A stretch of DNA of 13,301 bases. Origin: Promethearchaeota archaeon. GTDB taxonomy: Archaea; Asgardarchaeota; Lokiarchaeia; Sigyniarchaeales; SOKP01. The first letter of the stretch is position 1. Each line of letters begins with the position of its first letter. Below, piece by piece: positions 1-8,759 of this stretch. A program made the translations under genes and the position numbers. The notes under the pieces were generated by a model that ran no database searches, was not told the DNA's origin, and worked only from the letters and a program-made list of their open reading frames with translations. The DNA lies in assembly GCA_019057795.1 (NCBI GenBank), contig JAHLWS010000016.1, positions 1-13,301 of the forward strand, written 5' to 3'.

Positions 1-179
1 ATGGAATGGGTGCCTCGACCTTCGCTACTAAAAGGGAACTGAGAATTATATCTTAATTACGATCAGAAATTTTTAATTGTTTGTAGTTAGGCGTGGATCT
101 TAAATTGTTTACTCTCAAACGTTAAAAAATAAAAAAAAAAATCTCCACACAGGATTTATCAGCAGTTTTAGAAGTTGAA

Positions 180-470
180 ATGGATTTTCAAAATAAGGAT
201 ATTATTAAAAACGCATATAAATTGATTAAGATCGAAATTCCCAAATTGGTCGGTTCTTTATGGCAAGAAATACTTGATAAGAAAAGAAGTGATAGTTTAA
301 TTGCACGAAGACATACTATCATCCATGCTTTATCAAGAACAATTGAAAAATTTAGGATTTCTAAAGAAGAGATTAGAGATTTTATTGATAAGACATGCAA
401 ATTCATTTTTAAAATTGAAAATAAGAAAAAATTGTTATATTCAACTATCCTTCCCGAAGTTTATTTTTAA
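180..470 (+). CDS. HEPN-domain protein (RiboL-PSP-HEPN/MAE_28990-like), probably N-terminally truncated
   Basis: 96-aa ORF with FQN...AYK...LW and an Rx4H motif (ARRHTIIHA), followed by an amphipathic helix (ISKEEIRDFIDKTCKFIFKIE), the usual HEPN C-terminal layout. The frame stays open upstream to 126 (KIKKKISTQDLSAVLEVE), then has in-frame stops near an A11 run, suggesting a decayed longer gene. Confidence 0.55.
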   Translation: MDFQNKDIIKNAYKLIKIEIPKLVGSLWQEILDKKRSDSLIARRHTIIHALSRTIEKFRISKEEIRDFIDKTCKFIFKIENKKKLLYSTILPEVYF

Positions 471-529
471 TAATAAGGAATATAGGTAATGGTGCATTAT
501 CCTGAATGAAAGTACAATTGTCATCCCAA

Positions 530-745
530 CTAAAAGTCCATCCCGAATATATCTCTTAATTCGTTATGCTCCCGTTTTTGGCTAAAGAAAAACTTCAGCA
601 AATATTCGAGATGATTGGGGTTCCCACAAACAGGGCAGTATTTAAAAAATGCATAAAATTCATGAAACCATTGTTCTCTTTTTCTAAACGATTTTTCTTT
701 TATTTTAGATTGAAAAGAAAATATCCATCCAATGACAATTAGCAA
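530..745 (-). CDS. Small hypothetical protein or remnant with a CPxC-x4-H putative Zn-binding motif
   Basis: FFKYCPVCGNPNHLEYLLKFFF is protein-like. TTG start and no second Cys pair, so possibly truncated. Confidence 0.45.
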   Translation of the reverse strand: MLIVIGWIFSFQSKIKEKSFRKREQWFHEFYAFFKYCPVCGNPNHLEYLLKFFFSQKREHNELRDIFGMDF

Positions 746-798
746 CTGAATTTATTAGTTCCTTAATCGCACACAATTAATGGAAAGTATTAACAAAG

Positions 799-1221
799 TT
801 ATTTTATTTTAAGATTAACTTTTCCATGAAGAACTGGCAAACTTTTATCTTCCTCTGTCTTGATGCCATTTTTTTGATACAAATTCTGAAAATCTTTTAG
901 GTTTTCTTGGGGTATGGAAATTATGGGAATACCTTTTGTAATTTCAGCTTTGTACTTAGTACATTTAGCTTGGTCAACCGCTCGGTTCTTCTCTACTTCA
1001 CTTTTTGGAAATACTTTTTCATTCTCTACAAATATCTTAGTTCCATTACTAGAATTGTAGATTCTATCAATGATTCTTCTTATTTTGCAAAGATTAGAAC
1101 TTTCTGGAATATTCGAACAACTACATGATAATGAACTTTTCTCTTTTTCATAACCCTCTTTTGAGAAGAGATTATCCATATCTTTCAATTCTTGAGAGTG
1201 ATTTTTCTTTTTATAGCTCAT
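799..1221 (-). CDS. Hypothetical protein (140 aa, Lys/Glu-rich, 4 Cys)
   Basis: ATG start, hydrophilic natural-looking composition and an AT-rich TATA-like tract just upstream. No family recognised. Confidence 0.6.
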   Translation of the reverse strand: MSYKKKNHSQELKDMDNLFSKEGYEKEKSSLSCSCSNIPESSNLCKIRRIIDRIYNSSNGTKIFVENEKVFPKSEVEKNRAVDQAKCTKYKAEITKGIPIISIPQENLKDFQNLYQKNGIKTEEDKSLPVLHGKVNLKIK

Positions 1222-1481
1222 ATTTATTATATTTATAGTTATTAATATATATCTGAAGGGGGAGTTAAATAATTGGTTTATTTACTTAATTTTTATCTCA
1301 AATTACTGATGATTATATTTTGGTTAAACCTTGCATTTAATTTAATGTCCTATTTAATAAAAGTAGGATTTAATTTTTTTAAAATTAAGCATTTAATTCT
1401 TCTAAAAAGTATTCACATTTCCTTCAGTTTGAATTTGAAGCGAAATAATATTCTCAATATCTTTTATTTAATTAGAATGGA

Positions 1482-1715
1482 TTAAAGTCTCTTTGCAAAT
1501 TTAAGAAAATAATTTATAATTGATGTGATCACTTGATCTGCTGCTTCTACTACTTTATTATTCACTTCTAAATTTGGATTCTTTTCCCCATGAAAAAGTC
1601 TGCATCTTATTTTGTATGCAATCCATACCAGACTTATAGCTTTCTCTTCTATATCAATATTCTCATCTAACCCATTTAGATATTTCTCTAACCCAGATGT
1701 TTCTTTTTTAAACAC
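1482..1715 (-). pseudogene. C-terminal fragment of an Apea-like HEPN-domain protein
   Basis: AYKIRCRLFHGEK matches the Y-x-(V/I)-R-C/N-x-L-F-H-G-x-K form of the HEPN Rx4H motif and is followed by a terminal helix. Only 77 aa, GTG start, with an in-frame stop at 1740-1742. Confidence 0.65.
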
Positions 1716-1913
1716 TCTTTTAAAATTATTATTTATAATTTAACCGACAATTATCGCACGACTAAATGAACTAATTATTAAAAATTCTTTCGTTGGATAA
1801 TTATTACTATTTAGTTGAGCTAAAATACTAACAATTTTGATAATTTAACCGCTTTTTAACGAATCTGTCTAATTATGTTTAAATCTTATTATAAAAAGGA
1901 ATAGACTTTGATT

Positions 1914-1929
1914 AAAAAAGAAAAAAGAA
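1914..1929 (-). terminator. T-tract (archaeal-type) terminator of the ABC operon
   Basis: Minus strand reads TTCTTTTTTCTTTTTT about 10 nt after the permease stop at 1940. Confidence 0.5.
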
Positions 1930-1939
1930 TTATAAATCT

Positions 1940-2932
1940 TTAGCTTGAAATCTCTCTTCTCTGTAAACTTAATACTCCATAGGTTAACAATAATATAGCA
2001 ATGCTAACCCATATCAGCAAAGAGACGAGGGGTAAATAATAATTTGTCTTTTGTAGCCCTCCTAAGTTGATATTTTGATCAGGGTCAACAATTCCTAAAT
2101 ATGAAAATACGCTATAAAGTTGAGCAAAAGTAGATTGCCAACCTAGTGATGGGGGAATTGCATTAAATAATTCTATAAATAATACATAAACATTTGCTAA
2201 ATGATAGCCTAAATCGAAATGATATAATTGAAGGTTTTGATAATCAACATGAATTAATTCTCTTAGAACCATAAATCCAATGAATGATATTAATATAAGA
2301 AAGATAATAGAGATTGATGAATTTCTTGGACTTTTGAAGATAGAGGAAAAAGCTAAAGTTATACTTACAAAAATAAAGGTTAAAACAACAGCATAGAGAA
2401 AAACTGAAAATAAAAATGGTAAAATCCCGATAAAATGATGTATATTTCCTGAATATCGCAAAACAGAAATTACTCCTAATAATAATAACGCATTAAAACT
2501 TAACAAAATACTGTATAAAAATAATGCAATATATTTGCCAAGAAATATTTTATATCTTTTTATCGGCTTGCTTATGAGAATCAACATCGTCCCGGTATTA
2601 ACTTCTTCAGAGATAAGAGGTGAGCCAACAATTCCAATAATACTGGTTAATATTATGCCGAATGTCCAGAAAAATAAAGGAAAGGCTAAAATAACCGCGA
2701 TATATGAAGAAGCATGATGGATAGAGATTGAACTAAAATCTATTTCAAGGGGAGTTATAAAAATGATAAGAGGGTATATTAACATAATTCCAATGGAAAT
2801 TATAAATTTAAGTGGCGAAAATATGTCATGAAACGTCTCTTCAATTAAAATTAATGTATTAAACGATTTGTTTGTGCGTACTTGTTTAAACCGTTCCATG
2901 GCTGCCTTTAATTTTAATGATAAATTAAACAC
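1940..2932 (-). CDS. ABC-2-type transporter permease (NosY/ABC2_membrane_2-like)
   Basis: About 6 hydrophobic segments and the family motif ISEEVNTGTMLILISKPIKRYKIFLGKY. GAGGTGA SD lies 10 nt upstream of the GTG. Directly downstream of the ABC ATPase. Confidence 0.92.
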   Translation of the reverse strand: MFNLSLKLKAAMERFKQVRTNKSFNTLILIEETFHDIFSPLKFIISIGIMLIYPLIIFITPLEIDFSSISIHHASSYIAVILAFPLFFWTFGIILTSIIGIVGSPLISEEVNTGTMLILISKPIKRYKIFLGKYIALFLYSILLSFNALLLLGVISVLRYSGNIHHFIGILPFLFSVFLYAVVLTFIFVSITLAFSSIFKSPRNSSISIIFLILISFIGFMVLRELIHVDYQNLQLYHFDLGYHLANVYVLFIELFNAIPPSLGWQSTFAQLYSVFSYLGIVDPDQNINLGGLQKTNYYLPLVSLLIWVSIAILLLTYGVLSLQRREISS

Positions 2933-2942
2933 TTGTTTTGAT

Positions 2943-2949
2943 TCACCTC
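2943..2949 (-). promoter_or_regulatory. Shine-Dalgarno site (GAGGTGA) of the permease
   Basis: Minus strand TGAGGTGAATCAAAACAAGTG. Confidence 0.7.
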
Positions 2950-2951
2950 AA

Positions 2952-3905
2952 TTAAATTGCTTCATTTATAAATCTCATAAAAATCTCTTGTAAGGACAAT
3001 TCCGGTTGAGTAAAGCTAAAAATCTTTACTTCATGATCTAAGATTATTTTCTTGTTCAACTCTTGAAGTTTCTCTGAATCCTTTGATAAAATATGAATTT
3101 TATTTGTGCGATCGTCAATCCACGCTTTTAGAATAAAATCTTTGTTTTTTAATTCTTCCAAGATTTTGAGATTTTTATTTGTATGTAAGATATATACATT
3201 CCCAAGAAATTCATTTTTAATTTTTACGAGAGAATCGCTTAATATGATCCTACCACGGTTTAAAATAGTGATGGTATCACATATTTGCTCCACCTCAGAT
3301 AAGATATGACTTGAGACAAATACACTCATAGTTTTAGACAACTCTTTTATTTTTGCGATAATAGCAGACCGCCCCACGGGGTCCAAATTGGTTGTTGGCT
3401 CGTCTAAAATTAAGATTTTTGGCTCGTGAATAATTGCTGCCGCCAGCGCAACTTTTTGTTTCATCCCTCCAGAAAATTTTCCCAGTTTTTTATGTCGCTC
3501 ATTGAGAAGGTCAAAATATTGTAATAATTCTTGTGCTTTTCGTTTTGCCTCTTTTTTCTTTAACCCCCCAAGACGTCCCATATAAATTAAATATTGCTCT
3601 GCAGTTTTGCGTTTATATAGTATAGGGTCTTGAGGTAAATATCCGATCAATCGACATGCTGCTATGGAACCAGCTTTTTCTCCACGTAATCTTGCCTCGC
3701 CTGCTGTTATTGAAAGTGCCCCAACCAGCATATTTATTGTAGTGGTTTTTCCTGCTCCATTGGGACCAATGAATCCATGAATTCCCGGCTTTACCCGAAG
3801 ATTAATTTGTGATACTGCTTCAAATGCCGCTTTTCGCTTTTCATAAATCTTTGTTAAATCTTGACTCCATATCTCGTAATATTTAACATTTTGTTCTCGA
3901 ATCAA
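2952..3905 (-). CDS. ABC transporter ATP-binding protein (ABC-2/DrrA-CcmA-like, with C-terminal extension)
   Basis: Walker A GPNGAGKTT, Q-loop YLPQ, signature FSGGMKQK, Walker B ILILDEP and H-loop SSH. TTG start with AGGTGA SD 8 nt upstream. Overlaps the upstream gene by 23 nt. Confidence 0.96.
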   Translation of the reverse strand: MIREQNVKYYEIWSQDLTKIYEKRKAAFEAVSQINLRVKPGIHGFIGPNGAGKTTTINMLVGALSITAGEARLRGEKAGSIAACRLIGYLPQDPILYKRKTAEQYLIYMGRLGGLKKKEAKRKAQELLQYFDLLNERHKKLGKFSGGMKQKVALAAAIIHEPKILILDEPTTNLDPVGRSAIIAKIKELSKTMSVFVSSHILSEVEQICDTITILNRGRIILSDSLVKIKNEFLGNVYILHTNKNLKILEELKNKDFILKAWIDDRTNKIHILSKDSEKLQELNKKIILDHEVKIFSFTQPELSLQEIFMRFINEAI

Positions 3906-6900
3906 TTAGCTTCTCACCTTGTTTCTTTAAATCAACATTAATTAACAGTTGTTCATTTTTCTTTTTCATAAGTCGATGATATCCAACAAAAATGACAGCA
4001 AAAGCAGCGAATATCGCAAGCGTCAGAATAAGAAACAAAAAGTCAGCAGGAACATTTATCGTTACAGTATCTATTGCAATAATACACCCATCTCGACTAT
4101 ACATATAAATATCAATCTTTTTTATACTGCCACCTAAAGAAACGAAAAGGTTAGTAGATGTAGTAGAGTCATATTCATTTCCATTAATAAAGACCTTAAA
4201 ATAATCGTAATCTCCTGTAGTTTCCCATTTAATAGCAAAATCGTTGGTTTGCATGTTTTGCCCTTCTTCCAGATTTGAAAAACGAACGGTAAACTTCGAA
4301 TTTACGCAAATAAACGTCTCTCCGTAGGTTATGATGCCATCTCTCTTCCCATCTTCGTTTACATCATCGAGAGGATAGAAAGAATCTATATCTAAATTAA
4401 TCCTAAAGAGAGTTTTCTGATTAATCGGATCTAAAATTTCTAACGCCTTTTTAGCGGAATAAGAATATCTATCCATATATATTGAATATAACATTTTATC
4501 ATATACGTATCGGCTCACTAACACATCATCTAGTCCATCTCCGCTAAAATCCCCGATATTTTTGATAAAATCAAAAAAATCAATACGCAAAGAGACACCC
4601 CAACCCTTCATAATAAAATGAAAGGATTCAAGGGTCCATTTTTTAGCGGTAATCTCAGTAACATTATTTTCCGAACCCGAAAAGATATCGTAATATGAGA
4701 TATCCGCACCCTTAAACGGAATAAAAGAATCAGATTTCTGCATTTTACCCATTTGTAACCCAATTATTGCATCTGAAATCCCATCGCTGTTTATATCGCC
4801 TATAGAAGCAAATGGTAATTTGATTCCTCCTTCGAGGGATAATAGATAGCCACGCTCCTTCCAGTATTCAGACACCGGCGGAGTGTAAGTAAACAATACT
4901 ATAGATTCATTCTCTCCGGAATTTCCGCTATATACCCGAAGTTCGGTTGTTTTATACCCTCCAAAGCGATTTGAATACGTTTTCAGATAATAGCCTACAT
5001 GATCAAGGTAATTATCACCATTAAAGTCATCATAGGAAAGTAATAATTTATACCCTGTATTTGGAATATTATCCTCTGCAATTCCTCCACTTGAAAGCAA
5101 TTGGTCGGTATCAATTCGACAAGTAATTGTTGTCGTACTTACATCAACGATCTTAATACATTTATCAATACTCGAAGAATCTCCTAAAATAAGTCCAATC
5201 TTCTTCCCATCTTTCGTAAGGTTAACTTTACCAAGAATTTCGTATCCGGATGAGTTGATACTCCAATGGAAATTAATTTTAGTTTTAGATTCATCATAAT
5301 TGTCAAAATACGACAATTGTACGTCCCAGTGAGGGTTTTGTATTAGCTTAATAGAAAAATAATGAGTGGTCCCTGTAACAAACGTTCCGCTTAAGATCCA
5401 ATAATTGAGAGAATAATTCATCGGTAAGATAGTAAGGGGGTAATAAGGGATATTTGTATGAGTGCGACTCCATTTTGTATAATTCTTTTGGTATTTAATA
5501 TCAAAAAACCTTAATTTGGTATTAAAAGAATTATCGGTAATATCGTTACCAATTACGACTAAGACATCCAGATATTTATCACCGGTGCCATTAATTACTT
5601 TAAAGGCTTGAACCTCTAAATTTAAGAGGTTAATATCTGTAAAATAGTTTTCCGAGGATAGATTATAATCATAAATATAATATCTATCGTATTGATTTCC
5701 GTATAACCCCCAATAAAAAGCACCAATTCCAAAATTTTGTATTGATGCTTCAAAGGCTTTATTCCCATTCGTTATATTTAACCGAATAGTGATCTGTTTA
5801 TTTGAATCGATAAAATCCGAGAGCGTCGTTTCATTTTCATAATCAAAATACAACCCTTTTTCGCGATTATAAGTACCTCTCGTCATTACATACGTTTCGT
5901 CTTCTCTGAAATCGGTGGAAAAAGTAAAGTTATTATAATCATTTCTATACCCTCCATTATCAGAATTGTTAAAACTTCCGTACAAATCGGGGTATCGGGA
6001 ATCCCAATATATGTTTCTGCTCCAATTGCATAAAATCCATTTCCCGCCAGATTCATTATAAATTTCATATGTACAATTATACCAATTAGGATTTGTTGAG
6101 TCGTTAACCAACAAACTAGTTTGCATTTTCAGCGCGGCAAATCGCTCTAGTTGTGAAAGAGGATATTCCATTAGCCCTAACTGCTTCTCACCGCTAAAGT
6201 CTAGAGGGAATGTAAGATTTACAGAAGTAGCCCATAGATTACTCCATGATTGATTCTGAGCTCTAATGGTGTAGTTTCCCATTTTATCAGATAAATCAAA
6301 AAGACTCCCGGAAATGTAGTCACCATATTCAACGCCTATAGAATTGGCGTGTAATAATGAGGAAGGAGACCACTCTTTATTCCACAGAATTTCATCAGAG
6401 CCATTTATCCAACTTTCAGGAAGTTGGTGATTAGTTCTTAAATAATAATCTCCCCCAGAAGACGAGAGGTTGAGGGGGTTAGTATAAGTTCCCAAATTGG
6501 CATAATCTCGATAAAAGTTGTAAATAAAATCTATTAACGGCGTGTTCCAAAGCACAACTCCATTTGAACCATCAATTATTATTAATTTTGTGTAATTACT
6601 TAAAAGTGCTCGATAAATTGCTTCTTCTCGTTCCTTATCGTTTAAATTAAGGGAGGAATCGCCTGAAAGGTTTTTTATTATATTTTTTGTTCTATTAGGT
6701 AGCTCTGAAGGGATCATCCATGCGGCATAATCATCTATATTATCATCGTTAATATCCCCAACGTCTAAAATATCTCTTAACCCTTCATAATATTGAGGGA
6801 ATGGCAAATTAAATTCCCATATTACCTCACCGGTTTTCGCATCCAGAGTTAAGAGTTCATTAATTAACCCGTTTGCAACTGGTGTATCCATCCATGAAGG

Positions 6901-8607
6901 ATTAAAATCTTTAATTTTTTTATACAGTAAATCCTTTACTCCATCTCCATTAATATCTTGGATTTGGGATATTTTTGCTTCTCCCGGTTTAATAGTTCTT
7001 ACCCACATTACATTGTTATTTTTGCCATCAATTAACAAATATTTACCACAATACTTACTAATCGCAAACAGATCATCAATCCCGTCACGATTAATATCTC
7101 CTACATTTAAAAGATAAAAGTTCGTTTTTTGTTTACGATACATAATATTAATATCAAAATCCCTATACACAAACGCAGGATCCGTAAAATTTGATCCGTC
7201 AATAATGAAATCTTTATTATTGATGTTAATTCCATATATTCCTGCTGAATCTTGAGCAGATTTACCAGGCACTTGAGCTACATATAAAAAAAACCTCATA
7301 TCAGAACCCGTATTTACAATTAAAGGATATGAACTAGAATATAAATAAGTCGCGTCATAACTAAACTGTCCAAGGATTTCAAGGTTTCCATTATTAATAT
7401 TAAATATTGTACCATTTATTCTATTATCATTTGACCATATATAATCAAGCCAACAACCCATAACTAAAAAATCTTCTTTTCCATCGCCATTTACATCAGG
7501 AATAGTAAAAAACTTTGCTCCTGCAATTTGAAATATTCTCTCTACGCTTGAATAAGGGGAAGAAATATCTTGTGAGTGAAATTCAAGATAACGGTTTCTC
7601 CAATCCAAATTAATATCTGTAAGGGAAAAGAACTTAAAGCTATCAAGCAATATACCTGATTTTCCCGAAATCAACATAATTTTCCCATTATCAGAAGCAA
7701 CCAAAAGATCATCAACATTATCGCTATTAATATCATTTATGATAACAACATCGTCAATAGAATTAGGCACGTCAATTTCCGAATATCCTTCTGGAGATAT
7801 AGTAATCATCCTTATAGGAGGGGTTTTATAACTCCAAATTTTTTGTCCATCTTTTTCATTGAGAGCTAATAATTCTCCATTTTCCGAACCGGCAATAATC
7901 ATATTATCTAAAAGTTTGATTTTCCATATATCATTGGTTAGATCTTTACTATTTACCCACAGTTCGCGACCTGTCTTACCATCTAAAACAATCGCTTTAT
8001 ACCATGCAGATATTGCCACATCTGATATTCCATCATTATTGATATCGTTAATAGTTTGAACATCCCACGTATATGGAGTATAATATTTCGTATTGAGAGT
8101 AGTCTGATCAACGCTTTCTACTTGTGGTCTATAAGTCCACAATTCCTCACTATCTTTGGAAGAAATTGCAATAACATTAGGATGCTCTTGGTCATAAACA
8201 TTTAACACAATATCAGCAGCATTATCTCCTGAGATATCATCGATTAAATCAAAATCAATAACTTCTCCAAAAGTTATATAGCTCATTTCAATATACCCGT
8301 CCAATGAAATCGTGGCTAGACTACCATCCATACCAACAACAACATATGGGTCTCCCCCCAGGGTAAAATTAACTAATCTTGGTTGCATCGTTGATCCCGT
8401 CCCAATTAAGCCTTGACCATATTTCCAGAGAATTGCATCTTCTTTATGTTCATTCGGTTGATTCTCGGAGGTAAGAGCTAAATTAGAAGTACTTGAATAA
8501 GATAAAGTTGATTCGACAACCGGCAGAATTAGCATAAATAATATTAAAAAAATTTCCAAACTATGATTAAGGCTTCTTAATTTCATTGTAGTTCTAATTT
8601 CAACCAA
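3883..8607 (-). CDS. Large membrane-anchored surface glycoprotein with FG-GAP-like Ca-binding loops and PQQ-type beta-propeller repeats
   Basis: N-terminal signal peptide (likely ATG at 8586, MKLRS...IFLILFMLILPVVES). About 12 DxxxD(G/N)xxD-type loops (e.g. DINNDGISD, DVNGDGKED, DINGDGVKD, DFSGDGLDD). Repeated LDGKTGRELW/LDAKTGEVIW blade ends. Many N-x-S/T sequons, an Ig-like region, then a single TM helix (FLFLILTLAIFAAFAVIFVGY) and a basic tail. Confidence 0.92.
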   Translation of the reverse strand: MVEIRTTMKLRSLNHSLEIFLILFMLILPVVESTLSYSSTSNLALTSENQPNEHKEDAILWKYGQGLIGTGSTMQPRLVNFTLGGDPYVVVGMDGSLATISLDGYIEMSYITFGEVIDFDLIDDISGDNAADIVLNVYDQEHPNVIAISSKDSEELWTYRPQVESVDQTTLNTKYYTPYTWDVQTINDINNDGISDVAISAWYKAIVLDGKTGRELWVNSKDLTNDIWKIKLLDNMIIAGSENGELLALNEKDGQKIWSYKTPPIRMITISPEGYSEIDVPNSIDDVVIINDINSDNVDDLLVASDNGKIMLISGKSGILLDSFKFFSLTDINLDWRNRYLEFHSQDISSPYSSVERIFQIAGAKFFTIPDVNGDGKEDFLVMGCWLDYIWSNDNRINGTIFNINNGNLEILGQFSYDATYLYSSSYPLIVNTGSDMRFFLYVAQVPGKSAQDSAGIYGININNKDFIIDGSNFTDPAFVYRDFDINIMYRKQKTNFYLLNVGDINRDGIDDLFAISKYCGKYLLIDGKNNNVMWVRTIKPGEAKISQIQDINGDGVKDLLYKKIKDFNPSWMDTPVANGLINELLTLDAKTGEVIWEFNLPFPQYYEGLRDILDVGDINDDNIDDYAAWMIPSELPNRTKNIIKNLSGDSSLNLNDKEREEAIYRALLSNYTKLIIIDGSNGVVLWNTPLIDFIYNFYRDYANLGTYTNPLNLSSSGGDYYLRTNHQLPESWINGSDEILWNKEWSPSSLLHANSIGVEYGDYISGSLFDLSDKMGNYTIRAQNQSWSNLWATSVNLTFPLDFSGEKQLGLMEYPLSQLERFAALKMQTSLLVNDSTNPNWYNCTYEIYNESGGKWILCNWSRNIYWDSRYPDLYGSFNNSDNGGYRNDYNNFTFSTDFREDETYVMTRGTYNREKGLYFDYENETTLSDFIDSNKQITIRLNITNGNKAFEASIQNFGIGAFYWGLYGNQYDRYYIYDYNLSSENYFTDINLLNLEVQAFKVINGTGDKYLDVLVVIGNDITDNSFNTKLRFFDIKYQKNYTKWSRTHTNIPYYPLTILPMNYSLNYWILSGTFVTGTTHYFSIKLIQNPHWDVQLSYFDNYDESKTKINFHWSINSSGYEILGKVNLTKDGKKIGLILGDSSSIDKCIKIVDVSTTTITCRIDTDQLLSSGGIAEDNIPNTGYKLLLSYDDFNGDNYLDHVGYYLKTYSNRFGGYKTTELRVYSGNSGENESIVLFTYTPPVSEYWKERGYLLSLEGGIKLPFASIGDINSDGISDAIIGLQMGKMQKSDSFIPFKGADISYYDIFSGSENNVTEITAKKWTLESFHFIMKGWGVSLRIDFFDFIKNIGDFSGDGLDDVLVSRYVYDKMLYSIYMDRYSYSAKKALEILDPINQKTLFRINLDIDSFYPLDDVNEDGKRDGIITYGETFICVNSKFTVRFSNLEEGQNMQTNDFAIKWETTGDYDYFKVFINGNEYDSTTSTNLFVSLGGSIKKIDIYMYSRDGCIIAIDTVTINVPADFLFLILTLAIFAAFAVIFVGYHRLMKKKNEQLLINVDLKKQGEKLIDSRTKC

Positions 8608-8660
8608 GTTTTAATTGAAATTTAAGATTTTTTGTTGTTTTTAATGCTTATATCTTTAAC

Positions 8661-8693
8661 ATATTTAAAAATGATACGTATCTTTTTAAATAT
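8661..8693. promoter_or_regulatory. 33-bp near-perfect palindrome, putative operator upstream of the operon
   Basis: ATATTTAAAAA-T-GATACGTATC-TTTTTAAATAT gives 16 complementary pairs with one unpaired T. Confidence 0.55.
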
Positions 8694-8759
8694 TTTTAGG
8701 CTTTTTAAACTAAATCTTAATATAACAGCATAAGAATTCAAATCACAAAAGTTATATAC

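Noticed and set aside
188-1128. ORFs 188..406(-), 301..489(+) and 907..1128(+)
   Set aside because: They overlap better-supported ORFs and have no recognisable features.
1273-1485. 70-aa plus-strand ORF
   Set aside because: Low-complexity L/F/N/I composition typical of AT-rich non-coding DNA, with a TTG start.
3883-3900. C-terminal Cys (…SRTKC) of the giant protein as a substrate of the nearby ICMT-like enzyme
   Set aside because: There is no CaaX motif, the tail lies in the overlap with the next gene, the genes are not in one operon, and ICMT/PEMT-family proteins are widespread in prokaryotes without prenylation.
2535-8059. Short ORFs overlapping the operon genes (2535, 3106, 3949, 5886, 7859)
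   Set aside because: Antisense or alternate-frame shadows of well-supported genes.
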